Of a DNA stretch of 64,000 nucleotides, positions 32,320 through 41,062 are shown piece after piece (the first letter of the stretch is position 1; each line of letters opens with the position of its first letter). This stretch comes from a virus (taxonomy: Duplodnaviria; Caudoviricetes). The stretch lies in the IMG/VR virus record IMGVR_UViG_3300017913_002030, positions 1 to 64,000 of that record. The stretch is one strand, 5' to 3'. The notes below the pieces were generated by a model. That model saw only the letters and a program-made list of their open reading frames with translations, did not search any database and had not been told where the DNA came from. Position numbers and translations under genes: made by a program.

Positions 32320-34134
32320 TTATGCGACTTCAAATGATGTAGGTATGCCAATCAATGGTAAAACGTCACATAATGTTAGCGTCAATAGGTCTAAAAGTTT
32401 TCCTAGGCCAATTGCGTCTAGGAATGCTTTAATTTTTTTGATCCATATATTGAGTAATTCTTTTTCCCAGTTCGCAGCAAAGTCACGTGCAGCCTTGATC
32501 AGATTGTCGATGTCTTTCTCCGCCATCTTGACATTCTCTTCGATCTCACCACCGATAACATCAAGCAAAGACATACCGAACAACTGAACTCCTTCGAGTT
32601 TCTTAATCAGATAGTTGAACACCTCCTCTTCGACATCAAACTCTTCGATCTTCTTTTGTATCTCTTCTGCTTTTGCTTCTAGATCTTTCTTGACTTTTTC
32701 GATCTCTTCGTCTATCCTATCGGGTGCGTTTTCTATATCTTCTTTTATTCGATCTATTTCTTCTGCCAACTTTTCTGGGGCATTCTCTATATCTTTTTTA
32801 ACTTGATCGATTTCACCTACTATCTTTTCGCCTTCGGCAATAAGTTCTTCTTTGTATTCTTCTGCCTTCTGTTTTGCTTCGTCAATAAGTGACTTAATGA
32901 ATGCCTCGACATCAAAATTCAAAGGGATAGGTAGATCAGGTAGACCAAGTGCATCCCAAATCTCTTTGAACTTACCGATCAACGCATCGAAAGCAGCGAA
33001 CAATGCGTTTGTACACCACTTAACAATCTCTGTCTTGATGTATTGCCACGTGAGTTTTGCTTTCCATTCGTTACACGTAATACCCCATTGACCATTGTAT
33101 TGCTGATACTCTGGTGGCATAAGAGAGAAAAACTTATCGATGATCGCCGTCTTCTCTTCATCTAACATACCCATTGCAGAGTCGTACGCGTCTTGTTCTA
33201 ACTTACCACTCTCAAAGTCTGCCTGTAACTGTTCTGCCTTGGCGATGTACTCTTCTGTCATACCCGACAGTTCAGCAACAATGCGCTCTTGTTCTTCGGC
33301 TTCAAGAACCTTGAGAACATTAATTTGTATGCCAAGAATAGGCACTTCGAAGTTTATTGGTATGATCTTCGAGATCATCTCTAACATCTTGGTTGGAATG
33401 AATATATGATACTCTTGAATTAATTCGTTCCATGCGTCGTCTGCCTCTTTCTGCCAGTTGCGCACCTTACCCTTTTTCCAGTAAGGTGAGAGTATCTCTG
33501 CGATTAGATCCATCACCTCTTCTATCTGATCGATGATGCCCTGTATCTGTTCGATTACATCTCCAAACTCAGATTCTATCTCAGAGAGTATCGCATCTTC
33601 TATCTCACCCTCTATGTTTTCAGCACGTGCTTGAAGTTCTTCACCCTTTGCCTTGGCCTCTACCTCTAGTCGTGTTTTTTCTGCCTTCAGTTTTTCCTCA
33701 ACGTCAGGCAGACTATCAATCCATACCTGCAACTTGCTTGGCATTTGTGCAAGTTTATTGAATTCGTTTACAATATCAGCACGTGTAGGCAGAGTATTCC
33801 CATCACATGGTATCTCTATACCTGAAAGTAAAGGCAGTGCCGGAAGAGCGAGTGCAGGTAACGCAAAGTCATCTAATGCGTCGAATGAAAGACCGCCCGA
33901 GTTAATCTTATCTAACAGGGCAAGATCTTTCTTTTTGAATGCTGGTAAAGTTGTAGTAGGGCTAGGTCGCAGACTTAAATTCGGTAATGCGATTTCTACA
34001 ATTTCACCCGCAGGTGTACCCGCAGGTGGTTCTGCGACCAGCGGCCACAATAACTGATCACCAAGACGTACTTCCGTGACAGCAGTGCTGCCTAGAAATA
34101 ACGTTTGATTACCTGAGTCGTTGATAATAGGCAT
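32320..34134 (-). CDS. Acidic helical/coiled-coil protein of unknown function between gp5 and gp25
   Basis: 604-aa ORF; N-term LFLGSTAVTEVRLGDQLLWP; E/K-rich heptads. Confidence 0.75.
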   Translation of the reverse strand: MPIINDSGNQTLFLGSTAVTEVRLGDQLLWPLVAEPPAGTPAGEIVEIALPNLSLRPSPTTTLPAFKKKDLALLDKINSGGLSFDALDDFALPALALPALPLLSGIEIPCDGNTLPTRADIVNEFNKLAQMPSKLQVWIDSLPDVEEKLKAEKTRLEVEAKAKGEELQARAENIEGEIEDAILSEIESEFGDVIEQIQGIIDQIEEVMDLIAEILSPYWKKGKVRNWQKEADDAWNELIQEYHIFIPTKMLEMISKIIPINFEVPILGIQINVLKVLEAEEQERIVAELSGMTEEYIAKAEQLQADFESGKLEQDAYDSAMGMLDEEKTAIIDKFFSLMPPEYQQYNGQWGITCNEWKAKLTWQYIKTEIVKWCTNALFAAFDALIGKFKEIWDALGLPDLPIPLNFDVEAFIKSLIDEAKQKAEEYKEELIAEGEKIVGEIDQVKKDIENAPEKLAEEIDRIKEDIENAPDRIDEEIEKVKKDLEAKAEEIQKKIEEFDVEEEVFNYLIKKLEGVQLFGMSLLDVIGGEIEENVKMAEKDIDNLIKAARDFAANWEKELLNIWIKKIKAFLDAIGLGKLLDLLTLTLCDVLPLIGIPTSFEVA

Positions 34135-34143
34135 GACTACCTA

Positions 34144-34374
34144 TCACCCCGTAATAAAGTACAGCGTATCTGGATCTGGTGTGAGTGCGTCGTATTCTGT
34201 ACGTGTACCCGTCCATATCTTAACGGGTTGACCCGAACCATTTTGATTCATCAATGCGGCGAAGTTTTGATTAATCTTACTGAATGCCGAGTCCATAGGC
34301 TCTAACACAGTACCATCGATGCGAGTGACGTTTAATCCATCATCTGAATCAAGCTGTTGCATTATGTCTGTCAT
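34144..34374 (-). CDS. Small protein with WTGTRTEYDAL.PDPDTLYFI motif
   Basis: 76 aa; the motif is shared with 27920..28903. Confidence 0.7.
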   Translation of the reverse strand: MTDIMQQLDSDDGLNVTRIDGTVLEPMDSAFSKINQNFAALMNQNGSGQPVKIWTGTRTEYDALTPDPDTLYFITG

Positions 34375-34381
34375 ACTTTAC

Positions 34382-35071
34382 CTATGAGTTCAGTTTAATT
34401 TCGCCGTTTAATTTAATTGATGGTGCCGATAGATCAATAGAGGTTGCTGATTTTATCTTAGCCTCTTGCGTGACTTCGACTGAGGCATTGCCAGAGACAA
34501 CGATCTTAACATCTCCTGTTACATTCAATGTGTCATTACCGGTGACTACTGTGTACTTGTCTCTGGCCACTACTAGAGTCTCGTCCTTCGTTACGAATGT
34601 AGTTCGAGTACCGTCGTTCTGAATCTCGTAGTTAGTTCCTGTTCTGTGTTGTTCTTTAATACGACCTTCTTCGGAATCATCATACTCTCGATAGTGGCCC
34701 GTCTCTGTCTTGTATACCTTGTTTTTTGGATACTCACCGACGCCTTCGACACGATTATTTTGATCTTCTTCTTTCGGAATTGCACCCATAATCAAAGGCA
34801 ACTGCGAACTAGGACCATCTAGAAACATACCGAATACGTGAGTACCCACTAACAAACCAAGATACTGTCCATTACCTTCGTGTACCCCTTGTGTAACAGG
34901 TACTATAATCTGGGCCCAAGGGAGATCTTCGGGTGCGATATCGTCATATACACCAAAAATGCGCACTTGTGCTCGACCTAATCTAAGAGGATCATCTTTT
35001 ACATTGATCACTTCACCAAGAAACCATCTTGTCTGGTCGCCATAGAAGTCAATAAAACTTTTAGGTATCAT
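34382..35071 (-). CDS. gp5: Baseplate hub/spike gp5 (OB-fold + beta-helix, no lysozyme domain)
   Basis: WFLGEV...DPLRLGRAQVRIFG...LPWA; YPKNKVYKTETGH..EYDD; only 229 aa. Confidence 0.88.
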   Translation of the reverse strand: MIPKSFIDFYGDQTRWFLGEVINVKDDPLRLGRAQVRIFGVYDDIAPEDLPWAQIIVPVTQGVHEGNGQYLGLLVGTHVFGMFLDGPSSQLPLIMGAIPKEEDQNNRVEGVGEYPKNKVYKTETGHYREYDDSEEGRIKEQHRTGTNYEIQNDGTRTTFVTKDETLVVARDKYTVVTGNDTLNVTGDVKIVVSGNASVEVTQEAKIKSATSIDLSAPSIKLNGEIKLNS

Positions 35072-36426
35072 TGTGCTTCGATCTCCGGCATATCATGATT
35101 TACTTTTACTGCCGACATTGATATAGTATATGATTCTTGACTGAAAGAGTGTTTACATCCTAGTATTAGAAAATCGCCTGATTTCTTTTTATCAAACGCA
35201 GTGTCAGAAGCAGCATCTGCCTTTTCTTCAGGCGTTTGGTTTGTTAGAAAGAAAATTCTTAATTTACATCCTATAGATGTGTTTTCTATACCGTCAAGAA
35301 AGTCATAACCATTCACAGTAATATCAATAGAATTTTTAGTGATGATATTAGCCATCGCATTCGAAACAACTCTTTGTTTATACTGTGCCTTATCATCACA
35401 CTCCGAGTATGATTTATAACCAACATAAGGACTTGTACCACCTACTTGAGTTATCTTTTTTGAAACAACTCCTTCAGCATTATACCAATCATATTTGAAC
35501 ATCTCAAGTGTTGGTGTCTTATCGATCAATTTAGATTTTTTGAACGCACTAATAACGTCATCGTCAGCATTCAGTTCAATGTGCTGACGCTGTTCATCTT
35601 TTTTCTTGGTGACATCAATATACTCGTATGCCGAACCAATCACCCCGTCGTCTAACAATTTAAACACATTGTCTGTATTTCTACCTTTGTAGGATAGTAT
35701 AACACGCCTTTGAATCGAACCCATAGGTCGAGAATGTGATACTGAACTATCGGCAAATATATAAGGCACGTCAGCGTTTAAAACTGGTTGTGTTAAAAGA
35801 TGTTGAAGATCAGATAGATGTAGACTGTCTTCTACTAGAGAAGAGAACAGATAGTATGGATATCCATCGTCTGTAACTAATCGATTTTTAATCCAACACA
35901 TGGCATCGATAGGATTCATATTAGGCACAATGACTTTCATCTTTGTACTTTCAGTAGCGATACCTTCTACACTAATTTCTTTTTCATCGAGATACTCTTT
36001 TGAAATATTAGAGATGATATCTGATCCAGATCCACTATATGATTTGTTAATGTTTTTAGTTACACCAAGAAAACCTATATCTTCGATCAAGTGAAACACA
36101 TAGAACTCTTGATCGCTCTGTATCTTTTCGCTACTAACTATTCGATCGATGTAGAATACCTTGTTCACTTCTTCGGCAAGAGGATGTGTACTCTTAATCT
36201 TAACAATGACTTTCTCACCACCTGAGATCTGCATAACTTCAAACACATTATCATAATCTGCAAATCCCGCCATCGCAGTTAGATATGGTTTGTCGATGTG
36301 TTCGAACACATCTAGATCTATAATCGCAGGCGCGATCTCGAACTGCGCACCCCAACTCTCGATAGCAAACGATTCTATAGTCGCGGCGGTTTTATGCTCA
36401 TTAGTTGTAGTGGTGATATCAGACAT
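35068..36426 (-). CDS. Baseplate hub protein (gp27-like)
   Basis: Position between gp53 and gp5; C-term G.F.I.G.KH.F motif typical of hub proteins. Confidence 0.6.
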   Translation of the reverse strand: MSDITTTTNEHKTAATIESFAIESWGAQFEIAPAIIDLDVFEHIDKPYLTAMAGFADYDNVFEVMQISGGEKVIVKIKSTHPLAEEVNKVFYIDRIVSSEKIQSDQEFYVFHLIEDIGFLGVTKNINKSYSGSGSDIISNISKEYLDEKEISVEGIATESTKMKVIVPNMNPIDAMCWIKNRLVTDDGYPYYLFSSLVEDSLHLSDLQHLLTQPVLNADVPYIFADSSVSHSRPMGSIQRRVILSYKGRNTDNVFKLLDDGVIGSAYEYIDVTKKKDEQRQHIELNADDDVISAFKKSKLIDKTPTLEMFKYDWYNAEGVVSKKITQVGGTSPYVGYKSYSECDDKAQYKQRVVSNAMANIITKNSIDITVNGYDFLDGIENTSIGCKLRIFFLTNQTPEEKADAASDTAFDKKKSGDFLILGCKHSFSQESYTISMSAVKVNHDMPEIEAQ

Positions 36427-37130
36427 TATGATTGAATCGCTTTATTAAACATACCAACAACTGCTGTAATAGACCTTGGTTGAATTACTCTGATTTGTCT
36501 TAAAGATTCATTTTCTTTTGTGTAATGATCTATATGAGTAACAGGATATCCTGTCGTATTCCAACCATCTTTAGTTCGATAGTCGATTTTTTCTCCATCC
36601 GAGTTCTTATAAAAACGCGTAGACAAATATTCAGCTTCGACTGATAACACAGTTACATTTTGAGATCCATTGCTTACAGTATCATCTGTTGAAAATTTAC
36701 CTTCTAGTACGTCAATGACGATTTGACCCAGACCAGTGTCGATTCTCACTACACGACCTTTTGCACCCGAAGAACTCTCTACAATAGAATCTTTTAAAAA
36801 CGTGTCGATGTCGTCACGCGTATTCAAAGTTGTATTGGGATGATCCTCTATAGCCTTCTTTACGATAGACTCTCGCGTCAACGGCCAACCCTTTTCTCGA
36901 ATCGAATCGTTCATGATAAAGAACGTCCAGTGTAACTGTGGATTCTCGTAAAGAGCGTATGCCACGTTATCTGGTCGATCTCCGTCGCGAATATAATAGT
37001 CAATGTAGAATGCTGAGTTTTCCTTGACTTGATCGATGATGTCAACGTACGCTGATAGATTTTGCATGACGGCACGATTGCCGTTCGCAAACTGATAAAG
37101 TTGTGTTGGAAATTTTCTAAAATATGACAT
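36426..37130 (-). CDS. gp53: Baseplate wedge subunit gp53
   Basis: MSYFRKFP; YYIRDGDRPD.VAY.LY.NPQLHWTFFIMN...WPL; ENE..RQI.VI. Confidence 0.9.
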   Translation of the reverse strand: MSYFRKFPTQLYQFANGNRAVMQNLSAYVDIIDQVKENSAFYIDYYIRDGDRPDNVAYALYENPQLHWTFFIMNDSIREKGWPLTRESIVKKAIEDHPNTTLNTRDDIDTFLKDSIVESSSGAKGRVVRIDTGLGQIVIDVLEGKFSTDDTVSNGSQNVTVLSVEAEYLSTRFYKNSDGEKIDYRTKDGWNTTGYPVTHIDHYTKENESLRQIRVIQPRSITAVVGMFNKAIQS

Positions 37131-38332
37131 TAGTATCCAGCCTCTACATCCTGTCGATCGATCGTAACTTCTTCAACGAAACTAAGTGTTAGGTCAATCT
37201 CAACAGGCTGACCATCAGTATGAAACGCCATAACACTTGGATTGTATGTTGTGTTCACGCTTCTAAGATAACAGTGTTTTAGTTTATTACCGATACGTTT
37301 TCTCTTTGTGAATTTTTCGACTTTTTCATTACCCTCTTCATCGAATGTTAAAATTTCATCATCTTGCTCATAGTACACAGAAATGTCAAATAGATTAGGG
37401 AATTTATAACCGGCAGATACAGGACCTACAGGTATTGATTCAGGATAAGCGGCGAGTCTAAATGTTTTGATGATCTTTTCAACTTCTCGGGCTTCTTTAC
37501 TTGACGATGCGATGAATTTAAATGAGAATGAATACTCTCTTAGATTAGTTCCCTTGAATGTACTTCTCAAGTTAGGATTGACGGTGACTGCCGTAGCGAT
37601 CTTAAACGCTTCATTTGCCTCGGATGGAAGAATTTTAGCAGTAAATCTTTGTGACGCCAGAGTTGCCTGCGCCCCAGTAAGATTGCCAGTTACTAGATCG
37701 AATACACTTTTAGCGCCTTGACTAAAGGCATCTATGAATCCACTTGCGAGACCTTTACCGCTAGACATAGTTTCAAACGCAGCGGCACCTAATGGGCCCA
37801 GTTCCGTGCCTGATATAGTAAGTGCGTCTGCCTGATTGAATGCCACAGGTAGATAGAGTTTGACAGCCTTTTCGGTCCACTCGACTGTTCTGTCAGAATA
37901 TTCGGCGTCTTTAAAGAACTCTTTCACTGCCTGATCGTTTTCTTCATTTCTCTTATTAAGGGCAACCTGATAGGCCTCTTCGTTTTCGGCCATTGCTTCA
38001 TCGCCACCCTCTTTCTTATATTGTTCTGGATCATTTCTTTTTAAGTTATTTAAATAACGCGCATTCTGTTGTCGTGCCTTCATTTCACCTGAGGCCGAGA
38101 ACTGAAAAGATGCCTTTGTCTCACCACCCTTCGCAGTCGGAGGAATGATCTTCATGACTTTAAAATCGATGTACGCCCCGTAACGATTGTTATCGTCGAT
38201 AGGATAAACCAATCTTTTTATTTCGGCATTTCTTTCTTGGAAAGACTTTTCTTCTTCGTCTTCTGCCCCAGGCTTATACTTATCTTCTTCTGCTATCTCG
38301 ATAGTCTCACTGAATTCGTATTTTATAGGCAT
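37130..38332 (-). CDS. gp48: Baseplate tail-tube cap gp48
   Basis: LYLP; VNPN....F.G..LREYSFSFKF...S..EA..V..II..FR..AYP; C.L.SVNT.YNP. Confidence 0.88.
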   Translation of the reverse strand: MPIKYEFSETIEIAEEDKYKPGAEDEEEKSFQERNAEIKRLVYPIDDNNRYGAYIDFKVMKIIPPTAKGGETKASFQFSASGEMKARQQNARYLNNLKRNDPEQYKKEGGDEAMAENEEAYQVALNKRNEENDQAVKEFFKDAEYSDRTVEWTEKAVKLYLPVAFNQADALTISGTELGPLGAAAFETMSSGKGLASGFIDAFSQGAKSVFDLVTGNLTGAQATLASQRFTAKILPSEANEAFKIATAVTVNPNLRSTFKGTNLREYSFSFKFIASSSKEAREVEKIIKTFRLAAYPESIPVGPVSAGYKFPNLFDISVYYEQDDEILTFDEEGNEKVEKFTKRKRIGNKLKHCYLRSVNTTYNPSVMAFHTDGQPVEIDLTLSFVEEVTIDRQDVEAGY

Positions 38333-38352
38333 GAGAATAATTGTCCATGTTT

Positions 38353-38377
38353 TATAAATATGATGGAACTATTTATA
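38353..38377. promoter_or_regulatory. Pair of T4 late promoters on opposite strands (TATAAATA + at 38353-38360; - at 38370-38377)
   Basis: Both consensus octamers sit in the 57-bp gap between gp48 and gp4. Confidence 0.8.
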
Positions 38378-38389
38378 CGTGATATTAGA

Positions 38390-38899
38390 ATGAAGACTTA
38401 CAAAGGTCGATACAAACCAAGCAACCCTAAAAAGTATGTGGGTGATGTCGATAACGTCGTGTATCGTTCTATGTGGGAGCGTCACGTCATGAAATGGTGT
38501 GATACAAGTTCAGATGTTGTGCAGTGGATGTCTGAAGAGTTGGTTGTACCTTATATCTGTGAAACTGATAACAAACCACACCGATACTTTGTTGACTTTG
38601 TTATACAGTATAAATCAGGTCGCGTATTACTTATAGAAGTAAAACCATACAAAGAAACACAACGTCCAGAACGCAGACAAGGGAAATCCCGTCAGACGTT
38701 GTTGAATGAAGGTATGACGTATATTAAAAATCAGTCTAAGTGGAAGGCAGCAAAGAAATATGCCGACGACCGTGGGTATCACTTTGAGATCTGGACTGAA
38801 AAAGAACTTACCGCTATGGGTATCATGCCCAAACCTCTACGCACTAAAAAACCAATCAAGAAGTTGCCTCCGTTTAGAAAGAAGAAAAAACGCGTATAA
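38390..38899 (+). CDS. gp4: Head completion nuclease gp4 (start revised to ATG 38390)
   Basis: MKTYKGRYKPSNPKKY.GD...YRSMWE; HRYFVDF; LIEVKP; NQSKWKAA. Confidence 0.9.
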   Translation: MKTYKGRYKPSNPKKYVGDVDNVVYRSMWERHVMKWCDTSSDVVQWMSEELVVPYICETDNKPHRYFVDFVIQYKSGRVLLIEVKPYKETQRPERRQGKSRQTLLNEGMTYIKNQSKWKAAKKYADDRGYHFEIWTEKELTAMGIMPKPLRTKKPIKKLPPFRKKKKRV

Positions 38900-38902
38900 A
38901 TA
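38895..38902 (+). promoter_or_regulatory. T4-type late promoter TATAAATA
   Basis: Overlaps the gp4 stop, upstream of gp2. Confidence 0.75.
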
Positions 38903-38930
38903 GAGATACGAATTTTTTACGGAAGCGCAC

Positions 38931-39521
38931 ATGTCTAACATATTTCAGAATCTAGAACTGCAAGCGTTTCGTGCTGGGGTCACTCCTCGTACTAAGGAGT
39001 CACGTGAATGGTTCAGAAAAAAGATCAAGAATCTTCGTAGCATAAAACGCGAAGAGTTGATGAAAGAAGATCCGCTCAAACAGACCAGTCAAGAAGTTGT
39101 AGGTAGCATGTACATGTTTTTCTACGATCCTAAACACAAGAAGACGCTGCCATATTACGATGCGTTCCCTCTTGTTGTTGTAGTGGGTCCTGCTGAAGGT
39201 GGATTCTATGGGTTGAATCTTCATTATTTGCCACCTATTCTACGTGCGAAAATGTTAGACGCATTGATGGACATTACGACAAATAAAAAGTTCAATGACT
39301 CGACTCGATTCAAAATGTCATATGAACTTCTAACTCGTACTGCAAAACTGAAATACTTCAAGCCGTGTTTTAAACATTACTTGACTGAACATGTACAGAG
39401 TAGACTAGCAATGGTACCTGCACCAGAATGGGAAATTGCAACGTTCTTACCGACGGCAGACTTCCGTAAGGCGAACTCTAAGAAAGTCTATGCAGACTCA
39501 CAGAAAATGATAGGCGACTAA
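38931..39521 (+). CDS. gp2: DNA end protector gp2
   Basis: S..WF; GSMYMFFYDPKHKKTLPYYD.FPL; GLNLHYLPP; KPCFKHYL. Confidence 0.9.
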   Translation: MSNIFQNLELQAFRAGVTPRTKESREWFRKKIKNLRSIKREELMKEDPLKQTSQEVVGSMYMFFYDPKHKKTLPYYDAFPLVVVVGPAEGGFYGLNLHYLPPILRAKMLDALMDITTNKKFNDSTRFKMSYELLTRTAKLKYFKPCFKHYLTEHVQSRLAMVPAPEWEIATFLPTADFRKANSKKVYADSQKMIGD

Positions 39522-40156
39522 TGGCTGATATCGAAGATTTAAAAAGCAGACTCACAAAGAAGAACGGTATTGCGTCTACTAACCAGTACAAAGTAGTACT
39601 CCCTGGCTTCAAAGGTGCGTCGTCGAAAAAGGATCTAGACCTTCTCTGTAAAGAAGTAAACATGCCTGGTAAACAAATTCTCACGGCAGACAGACAAATT
39701 GGCATTTACAGTGAAAAGATGGTGAATGGATTTGCAGTAGAAGATGTGTCAATGACATTCTATGTCTTAAATGACTATGGTGTCAAGAAGTGGTTTGACA
39801 CTTGGCGCGGCCGAATGGTCGGCGATTCAAGATCTGACGCAGGTCGCGGTACTGTCGGATACAAAAAAGATTACGTCGAACAGATTGAGATCCACCAACT
39901 GAGAAAGCCAGTCGCACGATTTGGGTTCGATCTTGGTCCACTCGATATTGACTTTGATGTACTTGGTGCATCAATATACAGCGTAAAACTAATCGATGCA
40001 TTTCCAACAACATTGTCTTCGATACAATTATCGAATGATGCTGATGGTTTAGTCGAAGTGAATATACAGTTCTCTTATACGAACTGGGAAGTTATGAAAG
40101 ATGAAAGAAGTCTACTTGACTTAGATATAAATCTAAATCTAGGTGGTTTAATTTAA
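39521..40156 (+). CDS. gp54: Tail-tube-fold baseplate protein (gp54-like)
   Basis: LLCKEVNMPG; DVSMTFYV...WFD.W; L.DAFPTT...IQLS; VQF.Y..W; precedes gp26. Confidence 0.65.
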   Translation: MADIEDLKSRLTKKNGIASTNQYKVVLPGFKGASSKKDLDLLCKEVNMPGKQILTADRQIGIYSEKMVNGFAVEDVSMTFYVLNDYGVKKWFDTWRGRMVGDSRSDAGRGTVGYKKDYVEQIEIHQLRKPVARFGFDLGPLDIDFDVLGASIYSVKLIDAFPTTLSSIQLSNDADGLVEVNIQFSYTNWEVMKDERSLLDLDINLNLGGLI

Positions 40157-40172
40157 ATTATTAGGATACATT

Positions 40173-40880
40173 ATGGCATTACCAAAACTTAATTCTGCAC
40201 CTGTTTATGAAATGACTGTACCGTCTACTGGTCAGAGCGTTACATACAGACCATTTCTGGTGAAAGAACAGAAGAATCTTCTAATCGCATTCGAGGCACA
40301 AAACAGACGCGACCTTGTTCGTGCGGTTCAACGTACGATCGAGGCGTGTGTAGAAGATCGCATAGACAATAGACTGACAACGTTTGATGTAGACTATATG
40401 TTTACCAAGATTCGTGCAAAGTCTGTTGGTGAGACTGCTGACGTACTCATACCGTGCTCTGAATGCGAGACACAAAACGAAGTAAAGGTCGATCTAGACG
40501 ATATTTCAGTAGACGCAGAAATGCCTGAGATGACGGTAGATGTCACCGATAGTGTCTCTGTTCAAATGAAGTTTCCGACGTACGATGACTTTCTATCGAA
40601 CGATATGTTATTAGATAGTACGACTGTAACAGAGGCTCTATTACAATTGATTATCACATGTATGGACTCTGTGCTCACAGAAGAAGAGAGATACTCGCTA
40701 CGTGATGAGTCGCACGAAGAAGTGGTCAACTTTTTAGAGTCAATGACAGCAGAACAGTTTGAAAAGATCTCGCAATTTGCGAATAATATTCCAAACGTTA
40801 CTAAAAATATTTCTTTCTCTTGCACGTCATGTGGTCATGAGAATGAAAAGACATTGAAAGGACTTGATGATTTTTTTTAA
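40173..40880 (+). CDS. gp26: Baseplate hub assembly protein gp26
   Basis: MALPKL..PVYEMTVPSTG...YRPFLVKEQK.LL; CSEC...C.SCGHEN; ends DDFF*. Confidence 0.9.
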   Translation: MALPKLNSAPVYEMTVPSTGQSVTYRPFLVKEQKNLLIAFEAQNRRDLVRAVQRTIEACVEDRIDNRLTTFDVDYMFTKIRAKSVGETADVLIPCSECETQNEVKVDLDDISVDAEMPEMTVDVTDSVSVQMKFPTYDDFLSNDMLLDSTTVTEALLQLIITCMDSVLTEEERYSLRDESHEEVVNFLESMTAEQFEKISQFANNIPNVTKNISFSCTSCGHENEKTLKGLDDFF

Positions 40881-41059
40881 TAAATCTCTCTCATGATAGT
40901 TTGACCAATTATTATCAAGTCAATTTTCAACTAATGAATAACTTTAATTACTCATTAGATGAGGTCGAAGGGATGATGCCTTGGGAGAGAGAAATCTACT
41001 TAACACTATTAGTTGATGATATAAAAGAAAAGAATCAACGGGCGAAACAACAAGGATAA
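40871..41059 (+). CDS. gp51: gp51-like hub assembly catalyst frame (not in ORF track), probably entered by -1 frameshift from gp26
   Basis: -1 frame reads FFLINLSHDSLTNYYQVNFQLMNNFNYSLDEVEGMMPWEREIYLTLL...QG*; MMPWEREIY is the gp51-type motif; first ATG (40934) lies inside the conserved part. Confidence 0.75.
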   Translation, partial: FFLINLSHDSLTNYYQVNFQLMNNFNYSLDEVEGMMPWEREIYLTLLVDDIKEKNQRAKQQG

Positions 41060-41062
41060 AAA

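Noticed and set aside
34135-34146. Stop-codon reassignment (alternative genetic code)
   Set aside because: Long genes are intact under the standard code and TGA/TAG end genes normally; a double stop argues against readthrough.
34382-35071. Tail lysozyme activity for gp5
   Set aside because: The 229-aa protein has no T4-lysozyme domain.
38237-38389. N-terminal extension of gp4 in the ORF track
   Set aside because: Overlaps gp48 and lies upstream of the late promoter; the gp4 motif starts at MKTYKG (38390).
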